Positions 37,143 through 43,492 of a stretch of DNA of 43,492 bases are shown piece after piece. The notes beneath the pieces were generated by a model. It worked only from the letters and a program-made list of their open reading frames with translations. It had not been told where the DNA came from and searched no databases. The translations under genes were made by a program, and so were the position numbers. The stretch comes from a virus. Its lineage: Duplodnaviria; Caudoviricetes. Where the stretch lies: IMG/VR virus record IMGVR_UViG_3300033487_000326, positions 1 to 43,492 of that record, one strand, 5' to 3'. The first letter of the stretch is position 1; each line of letters starts with the position of its first letter.

Positions 37143-37337
37143 ATGAATAAAATTGGAGAAACAGGATATAGAGGCGTATCCAAACAATACGATAAATTCA
37201 CAGCAAGAATAACCATAGATAAAGAGATGTTTATTATAGGCAGGTATAACACAGCCATTGAAGCTGCAAAAGCCTATGACTCTTTTGCTAAGAATGTTTA
37301 TCTAAATAGAGTTAATTTTAAGGAAGAACAGAAATGA
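37143..37337 (+). CDS. Stand-alone AP2 DNA-binding domain protein
   Basis: TGYRGVS...FTARI...IGRYNTAIEAAKAYD...VNF. Confidence 0.88.
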   Translation: MNKIGETGYRGVSKQYDKFTARITIDKEMFIIGRYNTAIEAAKAYDSFAKNVYLNRVNFKEEQK

Positions 37338-37464
37338 ATTTTATAAAGGAATTTCTGATGTGTTTTATTTTTGAAACTCACACATATATCAAGGAAGAAG
37401 ACTCTCTTGGAATTGTTAGGTGCAAATTTTGTCGACACATAATTGATTGGGACGGAAGAGTGAA

Positions 37465-37719
37465 ATGAGCAAACTTAAATTCACGCCTGAGGATTTTGGT
37501 AAGCATATTGGCACCATTACTGGGTGGACCACGTTAGGCGCGGATGCAGCATCAAATGTCGCCAACGCCAAATTCGACGAATGGCTTTCTAAGCAAGTCA
37601 AAATGAGAGGTGCTGTTTTTAGTGGAGTATACCATATGTTTTCAGCCAGCAAATTCCACGACACCCACGAGGGATTTCTTGTGTGTATTGAGAAAATCGA
37701 CAAGGATTTAGACAAATGA
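37465..37719 (+). CDS. Hypothetical protein
   Basis: ATGA-coupled chain of small ORFs. Confidence 0.55.
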   Translation: MSKLKFTPEDFGKHIGTITGWTTLGADAASNVANAKFDEWLSKQVKMRGAVFSGVYHMFSASKFHDTHEGFLVCIEKIDKDLDK

Positions 37720-37934
37720 GCGAAGTGGGCTTGGTGGTGGATCGTGCATCGCAAAAAGCATTTGAGGGGAATATTAAAGAGCTGCCGGCGTTTACAGACG
37801 GCTTTAAGGCTGGGGTATCGTGGACGCTGAAATATCATCCTGATGTTTTAGAGTTTTTCAGTGCATTTGAGCAGATTAAGTCAGAATGGGAAAGGCTAAA
37901 AGAAGTCATGTCCAGTAGAATGGAGAAGAAATGA
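37716..37934 (+). CDS. Hypothetical protein
   Basis: ATGA-coupled; GFKAGVSW motif. Confidence 0.65.
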   Translation: MSEVGLVVDRASQKAFEGNIKELPAFTDGFKAGVSWTLKYHPDVLEFFSAFEQIKSEWERLKEVMSSRMEKK

Positions 37935-38287
37935 CCGATCAATACCGTGAGGCTTTAGAAAAAGCAGCTCAAGAGCTTAGTTGGAGAAGTGAGTATCATC
38001 CTGATGTTCTTTTAAAGTGCAGCGAGGGAGATCATTGGCGCATGAAAGAGGATGCCTTTAAAGCCGGTCACGCCTGGGCGCTCAATAATCCGCCGCCTGA
38101 GTGGGTGAGGTTGGTTCATGCCCTGGCAAAAATAAGTCGCGAAGAGGATGCTTATCCATACAAATTTTCGGGTGATGAAAGAATAAATGAAATAGAGGAC
38201 ATAGATGTCGGTCACAGAAGAGAGCTGGCTAATATCGCAAGAAAAGCCCTCGCCGCCTTCGACAAACCTTCAGGAGAAACGAAATGA
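37931..38287 (+). CDS. Hypothetical protein
   Basis: ATGA-coupled; AFKAGHAW motif. Confidence 0.65.
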   Translation: MTDQYREALEKAAQELSWRSEYHPDVLLKCSEGDHWRMKEDAFKAGHAWALNNPPPEWVRLVHALAKISREEDAYPYKFSGDERINEIEDIDVGHRRELANIARKALAAFDKPSGETK

Positions 38288-38538
38288 GTGATTCAGCCGG
38301 TTGCATTTGTGGATCTACTGGGAACTGTCCAGTTCATCCTAATTATACTTTTCCATATAGCATTAGCATGAAAGCAGAACCGACTTATGAGGATGGTTTT
38401 TCTGATGGGTACTCAAGGGCGTGGCAAGAATGCTGGGAGTTTTTATTGGAGAAAATTAACGAAGAGAAAAAAGAGCGAGAAGAGTTGCTTCGGAAACAAC
38501 ATGAAGCGACGCCACAGAAAACTCAAGCGGAGGGCTAA
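38284..38538 (+). CDS. Hypothetical protein
   Basis: ATGA-coupled; CIC...CPVH N-terminus. Confidence 0.6.
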   Translation: MSDSAGCICGSTGNCPVHPNYTFPYSISMKAEPTYEDGFSDGYSRAWQECWEFLLEKINEEKKEREELLRKQHEATPQKTQAEG

Positions 38539-38544
38539 GGCGAG

Positions 38545-39030
38545 ATGAGCGAGTGGGGGGATAAGATAATTTTAGACGCTTGTTGTGGCGGACGAATGTT
38601 TTGGTTTAATAAAAAACACCCAAAAACTCTTTACTGCGATGTTCGTAAAGAGAGTTTCACAGCTTGCGACGGCCGAAAGATTAAAATTGAACCGGATATA
38701 ATAGTGGACTATAAAAAAATGCCTTTTAAAGATAACAGTTTCCACATGGTTGTATTCGATCCGCCGCATCTTAAGGGCGCAGGTGAAAACGGATGGATGG
38801 CTCAAAAGTATGGACGACTCGGATCCGACTGGAAAAACGAAATCAAACTTGGATTTGATGAGTGCATGAGGGTTTTAAAGCCGAACGGTTCATTAATATT
38901 TAAGTGGAATGAGCACTCTATAAAAGTTTCTGAACTAATTTCTGTTATCGGATCCGAACCGTTATTTGGTCATAGAACGCTTCAGTCGTCGAAAACAATA
39001 TGGATGGCTTTTTTAAAGGACGCCCCATGA
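38545..39030 (+). CDS. Small SAM-dependent (probable DNA amino-) methyltransferase
   Basis: ILDACCGGRMFWF (motif I), VVFDPPH (motif IV), RVLKPNG. Confidence 0.85.
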   Translation: MSEWGDKIILDACCGGRMFWFNKKHPKTLYCDVRKESFTACDGRKIKIEPDIIVDYKKMPFKDNSFHMVVFDPPHLKGAGENGWMAQKYGRLGSDWKNEIKLGFDECMRVLKPNGSLIFKWNEHSIKVSELISVIGSEPLFGHRTLQSSKTIWMAFLKDAP

Positions 39031-39239
39031 CACCCACCCCAAGCCGAAAGGTGAGAGAGCTCTATCATGAAGACAAAGTATGGGTTCCTAAGAAAGAATA
39101 CGGCAACTGTTTAAGTCTTCTGCGTGAGGCTTTGGAGGTAATTGCAGGTCACCATTGTTCACCATTGCCATGTGAACTGTGTAAGATGGAAGTAAAACTC
39201 CGCGCAAGCCTTAACGAGAATAAACTACAATCACCTTAG
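39027..39239 (+). CDS. Hypothetical protein
   Basis: ATGA-coupled; HHC...CELC. Confidence 0.5.
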   Translation: MTPTPSRKVRELYHEDKVWVPKKEYGNCLSLLREALEVIAGHHCSPLPCELCKMEVKLRASLNENKLQSP

Positions 39240-41844
39240 ATCCAATATTCCCACTTGGATCCGTCGCTTTCGCCTCAATTCTAAATGTCCCACTGCGTCT
39301 ATTCGGAACTGTCCATGTACACTTATAAGGTGACACAGTCGCAGTACACTTAAGTGATCCATCGACATAAAATGAAACCTTAGTTATAACCCCACTATTG
39401 TCAGTAGCCGTAGCCGACAGAACAACTCTAGATCGTCTTAAAACAGTTGATCCATTGGCAGGGGATACGAAGGTCACAACTGGAAGGATCGTATCTTGTG
39501 GAGGCGGCGGTGGGTCTACAACGACAGATCCAGCCAAAGCGCAGACAACCGAAGACGCACCAGACACAAGACCCATCGAGTCAACGGAACTCACAGAATA
39601 ACAATATTGATTTCCAGCCAAGGTTCCTTCTGTATTAAGAAGCGACAATGAACTAGTCGATGCATAGGGAAGTCCTGATTTGTTAACGATATAACTTAAG
39701 ATAGTTCGACCACCTGAAGCTACAGAGTCTTTCCATTTAATTTGGATTCCCCCTGTCACGGCAGACGCGGTAACTTCCGTTGGAGGAGATGGTTTTGTTA
39801 TTGCGACATTTATTGTCCGTATAGCAGAATTAGTCGATTGACCTATTCCATTATACGCTCTTGCGATGATTGAATGTTTCCCATCCCCCAAAGACTCTAC
39901 TGGTAATGTTAGAGAATAAGGATAACGAGAGACTCGACCAACAACCACCCCATCACTTAAATAATCAATTGATGCGATTCCGTAATAGTTATTCCATGCG
40001 CTAACGGTTAAATTAACCTTCTCGCCTGAAAAATGAATCTCCTTATCAAGAGGCGTCAACAAACTGACGGTGGGTAAAGAATAGGGAAGATAATTTCCAG
40101 ATGAATCCTTCACGCAACTAGGAGGGCCTGTGACGCCAGACTCAACTGCTGGCGTTGAGTTAGATCCTTCTTTTCCTATAACTTTATATTTGTGGAGAGT
40201 AAATAATCCAGGCTGTGTACTAAACTGATCAACCTCTGTCATTCGAGTATCACTACCCACAAGAACGTTAGTGATCTTAACTTCTCCGATCACGTTTCCT
40301 GACCAATCAACTGGGTAACTATAAACATCATAGCTTGTAACTGATTTATTTGTATTGTCCCAACTTAGGGACATGGCAGTACAAATGCCTCCAACCACAG
40401 ATAGATTCTGAGCAGGAGTTGGATCAAATTGGGGAACAGCAGTCTTCAAAATGGTTACTAAATGTGTATTGTGCTCACCAATAATAACACCAGTAGACAC
40501 GAAATTCTTTTCGTCATTGATCATTTGACCTGTGACAGGATCGCGAACAGGTCCACAAGTTTTATAAACTCCGTCAACAATCGCCGTATGACAGACAGGA
40601 GGCAAAAACTTTAGTACGACCGTTCTATCTTCCTTAAGGTAAGGATTAGATTTAACTGTGAAAGTAATTTTTCCTGATAACTGTCCAGCTAGAATTTTAA
40701 CCATACCACTATTAGGTATACTCACATGGTCTGGGTATTTGGCCGTCCCAGAAACATCAACTGGAATATACAAATCTTTCGTCGACGCTCGATCAAGATT
40801 CACAGTTGCTGTAACAGTCCCAACATCTTGGGAAACGGTCTGTGATTCTACAGAGAAGTTTGCAACTGGGAGCTTAAAAGTAACCCCACTCGCCGTAGAG
40901 GGAACAGTAAACACAGTGTTATTTGAGACATAACTGTCTGAACCATCGTTACTTAACTCAAGGGCCGGCTTTCCTTTATATGTAGCGACTCTAACACCAT
41001 AAAATCCAGGTAGCATAAGCTTGCTTGAGTTCCATGAGGTTAAAGGAATCCAGGTATCACTTCCTTCGGTTTGAACTTCAATGTCCCACATGTAGCCACG
41101 TTTAAATCCAGGGAACTCAAAAAACTCTGTTACAAATTCGTTAAGGCTATCAGGGTAAACATATTTCCCAAACATTTCAGGAACTAGATAATCAATTATA
41201 TAATCCTTAGCATCGATGTTTAATTTCAAATGCCATTCTCTATACTGAACGGCTTGACCATTATTCACCAAAGGAAGTGTTGGAACATTAGGACAATCTC
41301 TTCCCCAGTTTTTAAAATCCCCCTGAACAATATCGCCACGAGAAAGTTCGATAGCGACATCTTTGCCGTCAACATCCATTTGAAATGGAGCGCTGAATTT
41401 AAGTTCAAAAGGATTCATGTCTGCATAATGAGCAACGCGTGGAAACATATTTGTATCATGAGGCCTTAAACCAAACGGCCCTGCACCTAAAACGCTATTT
41501 GGATTATTAAAATCCTGCATTGAAATCTCAAGACCTGTACCCCATGGCGCCCTAGTAACACCAGAAGAGACAGATCCAAGAGGCAAAGCCGTGTCACATG
41601 ATCTGTCATTAAGCAGCGTAGGAGTTTGATTAAAGTTGGCTTCAAACTGAATGGCATGAACCGTCGTGTCGGCTGGGTTATAAACTCGACTTACATCAAA
41701 GATAATTCCACCGTTAATAACTGCGTCTTTTCGAATCTTGTGCCTTACCTTTACGACCTTTTGGATTCTTTGAGTATGATCAAGACCAATAACTCCTGCA
41801 TAAGAAAAGACAGGAAACAGCAGTACCAATAAAACCCTTACCAT
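39211..41844 (-). CDS. Secreted/surface protein with Calx-beta-, FN3- and Ig-like domains
   Basis: Signal peptide MVRVLLVLLFPVFSYA. PVANFSVESQTV...VTATVNL (Calx-beta-like); PSPPTEVTA...IQIKW...YCYSVSSVD (FN3); PVVTFVSPANG...VSFYVDG (Ig-like). Confidence 0.8.
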   Translation of the reverse strand: MVRVLLVLLFPVFSYAGVIGLDHTQRIQKVVKVRHKIRKDAVINGGIIFDVSRVYNPADTTVHAIQFEANFNQTPTLLNDRSCDTALPLGSVSSGVTRAPWGTGLEISMQDFNNPNSVLGAGPFGLRPHDTNMFPRVAHYADMNPFELKFSAPFQMDVDGKDVAIELSRGDIVQGDFKNWGRDCPNVPTLPLVNNGQAVQYREWHLKLNIDAKDYIIDYLVPEMFGKYVYPDSLNEFVTEFFEFPGFKRGYMWDIEVQTEGSDTWIPLTSWNSSKLMLPGFYGVRVATYKGKPALELSNDGSDSYVSNNTVFTVPSTASGVTFKLPVANFSVESQTVSQDVGTVTATVNLDRASTKDLYIPVDVSGTAKYPDHVSIPNSGMVKILAGQLSGKITFTVKSNPYLKEDRTVVLKFLPPVCHTAIVDGVYKTCGPVRDPVTGQMINDEKNFVSTGVIIGEHNTHLVTILKTAVPQFDPTPAQNLSVVGGICTAMSLSWDNTNKSVTSYDVYSYPVDWSGNVIGEVKITNVLVGSDTRMTEVDQFSTQPGLFTLHKYKVIGKEGSNSTPAVESGVTGPPSCVKDSSGNYLPYSLPTVSLLTPLDKEIHFSGEKVNLTVSAWNNYYGIASIDYLSDGVVVGRVSRYPYSLTLPVESLGDGKHSIIARAYNGIGQSTNSAIRTINVAITKPSPPTEVTASAVTGGIQIKWKDSVASGGRTILSYIVNKSGLPYASTSSLSLLNTEGTLAGNQYCYSVSSVDSMGLVSGASSVVCALAGSVVVDPPPPPQDTILPVVTFVSPANGSTVLRRSRVVLSATATDNSGVITKVSFYVDGSLKCTATVSPYKCTWTVPNRRSGTFRIEAKATDPSGNIGSKVIVVYSR

Positions 41845-41957
41845 AATTCCCCCTAGAAATATTTCATGATGGTATTGTAATGAATATCTATTGTAAAAAT
41901 TATTATTTAAATTGTCGTCCTTCTAATATAATAATGCACCCTGTCTTAAGGGGTATT

Positions 41958-42596
41958 ATGAAGAAATACTATTTTGCCAAAGGAAGTCCTTTTGATCCAA
42001 AAGACGCTCAGAAGGTTGGTGAGTATTTAGAAAGATATTTTCCTAATTCTAACTTTAAACCAGAACAGATCGTCGAGATTGCTAGACCTCCGACATCCCC
42101 AATTCACAAATACTTTGATTGGGATGATGAGACTGCAGCTAAAAAATATAGACTACAACAAGCAAGAAGAATTGTTAATGCTCTTTATATAAGCATAGAA
42201 AATGTTGAAACAAGAGCATTCGAATCTGTTTACCTAAAAGCAATCGATGAAACATCATACATGAATTCAGAAACTATTTTTAATAGTAAAGATTTGTGGC
42301 TTCAGGTGGTTGACGCCGCAAAGAGAGAACTTTTGTACTGGGAAGCAAAATACTCTCTTTATAAACAACAACTTCCCGAAATATTCCAGGCGATTGAACG
42401 CCTGAAAGAAAGAGAGAAAAAGCATGAAAAAGAAAGCGTCGGTAGAAACCGAAGAACAAATAGTTATTCCGCCAATCGAAACAAAGGTGGCGCAAATTAC
42501 ATTAAAAGGGATAACACCGCTTCTGGTAAACAAATTCGACGAAAAGTCGAAGACAGAAATGCTAGAAAAACAAATGAAAGGCGCAAAGAAGGCTAA
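41958..42596 (+). CDS. Conserved hypothetical protein, partner of the RAMP-like gene
   Basis: ATG 41958 with SD AAGGGG; SPIHKYFDWDDETAAKKYRLQQARRIV; 3' end overlaps the next gene by 173 nt. Confidence 0.7.
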   Translation: MKKYYFAKGSPFDPKDAQKVGEYLERYFPNSNFKPEQIVEIARPPTSPIHKYFDWDDETAAKKYRLQQARRIVNALYISIENVETRAFESVYLKAIDETSYMNSETIFNSKDLWLQVVDAAKRELLYWEAKYSLYKQQLPEIFQAIERLKEREKKHEKESVGRNRRTNSYSANRNKGGANYIKRDNTASGKQIRRKVEDRNARKTNERRKEG

Positions 42597-43047
42597 GGCC
42601 GCGAGAGACCCTCAAGCTGAATTCGAGGCAAGTCTTTATAGAATGCCAGGAAAGAAAAATGTTTATGGGGTTCCGGTCGGAGGAATAAAGAACTGCGCTG
42701 TTTCAGCATGCAGATTTATTGATGGAATACCAATGACTTTAGCAAAAGGCGCATTTCACGTTTTAGACGAAACAGGGACAGGACTTATACCGATTGAAGG
42801 AAGTGATCCAGTTTTAGATAGTAGGATTTGTCGAATAGGACCATTTGGAAAAAAGACGGCGATTTCAAGATTTAGAGGTCGATTTGATAAGTGGAGTCTT
42901 AGCTTCAAGGTTCGCTACAACAGTCGTGTAATATCCCCAGCACAGTTGTTAAATCTTTTTGAAAACGGAGGATTTAGTGTTGGTTTATGCGAATTTAGGC
43001 CAGAAAAAAGCGGTAGTTTGGGAATGTTTGAAGTAGCTCGAAAATAA
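42424..43047 (+). CDS. RAMP/Cas7-like RNA-binding protein (stand-alone)
   Basis: ITLKGITPLL (beta1), VPVGGIKNCAVSA (PxxxxK helix), RGRFDKWSLSF, C-terminal Gly-rich loop GGFSVGLCEFRPEKSGSLGMFEV. Confidence 0.65.
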   Translation: MKKKASVETEEQIVIPPIETKVAQITLKGITPLLVNKFDEKSKTEMLEKQMKGAKKAKAARDPQAEFEASLYRMPGKKNVYGVPVGGIKNCAVSACRFIDGIPMTLAKGAFHVLDETGTGLIPIEGSDPVLDSRICRIGPFGKKTAISRFRGRFDKWSLSFKVRYNSRVISPAQLLNLFENGGFSVGLCEFRPEKSGSLGMFEVARK

Positions 43048-43050
43048 TAA

Positions 43051-43492
43051 ACAGGAAGCGACCGGCACGGCGCTAAAAGCACCGGCGCTTTATTGGATCG
43101 GATAGGCAGGAGAGGCGAGGAATCGTAAAGAGCGGCGGAGTGTCGCTTGCAGAATAGTGGAGTGGCCGGAAACGCATTGGCCATGCGAGGCCTGGACGAT
43201 ACAGGAACCGATAGGCAGGACAGAAATGTTCTATGCTTGATTGGCTCGGCAGGAATGGCTGAAAAATGGAACCGAATTGCACGAAATTGAGCGGACACGA
43301 TTGGCAGTCGTGGCGATTACAGGCGCAGAGGATAAGGGAGATTAATGGCAGGGCAGGATCGGAACTCAATGGCTCGGAATCGTTGGGAGTAGAAGCGACC
43401 GGCAGCAACGGCGGAGATGGGAACGGCAAGCAAAGTCGTCCAGAGGACTGGCAGGAGAGGCACGGAGAGGACCGGAAGAGCGAAGACAGGAC
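43051..43492 (+). ncRNA. 5-nt-periodic (GG[A/C]NN)n array punctuated by GGCAGG; candidate guide-RNA array (runs off window)
   Basis: GG recurs in 5-nt phase. GGCAGG at 43105, 43214, 43248, 43347/43352 and 43450. Abrupt rise in G content straight after the RAMP-like stop. Confidence 0.7.

Noticed and set aside
1053-41832. Numerous short antisense or off-frame ORFs in the track (e.g. 1053-1235, 2899-3201, 12439-12867, 20666-20989, 37416-37838, 39398-39601)
   Set aside because: Shadows of longer motif-bearing genes; no independent support.
42915-43429. Minus-strand ORFs 42915-43298 and 43073-43429
   Set aside because: Pro/Ser/Leu-rich by-products of the C-rich complement of the periodic array; no SD or recognisable motifs.
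43051-43492. CRISPR array next to a Cas7-like gene
   Set aside because: No identical 23-50 bp repeats with unique spacers; shared exact matches are only about 11-13 bp and the structure is pentameric.
1-43492. Stop-codon reassignment
   Set aside because: Standard code 11 gives full-length, tightly packed genes; TAA, TAG and TGA all serve as stops.

Overview
AT-rich, gene-dense segment of a tailed dsDNA phage or prophage. It is siphovirus-like with Mu-type head genes. The host is probably Gram-negative, judging by spanin-like, lipoprotein and beta-barrel genes. The minus strand (~34.4 kb to 1) runs: accessory genes, parB-like and mom-like DNA modification, terminase, a portal-MuF fusion, a collagen/repeat fibre, protease, capsid, neck, tail, lysis, and a sugar-modification operon ending in a truncated cellulose-synthase-like GT2. 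The plus strand (35.1 kb to end) carries ERF, Gp157, AP2, a methyltransferase and small early-type genes. I saw no integrase, transposase, polymerase or CRISPR array. Three candidate systems stand out. (1) A stand-alone RAMP/Cas7-like gene is followed by a non-coding (GG[A/C]NN)n 5-nt-periodic tract punctuated by GGCAGG, a candidate RNA-guided system. (2) A 76-nt tRNA-Gly-like element with all GlyRS identity elements but degenerate D/T arms lies inside the 3' end of the mom-like gene, a candidate dedicated glycyl donor for DNA modification. (3) A candidate ulosonic-acid virion O-glycosylation pathway comprises an altered DAHP-synthase-like enzyme, a cytidylyltransferase-GT2, a radical SAM enzyme, a methyltransferase and a Maf-type transferase inside the tail module, matched by Thr-run-rich virion proteins. 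All family calls come from motif recognition by eye, not database searches.
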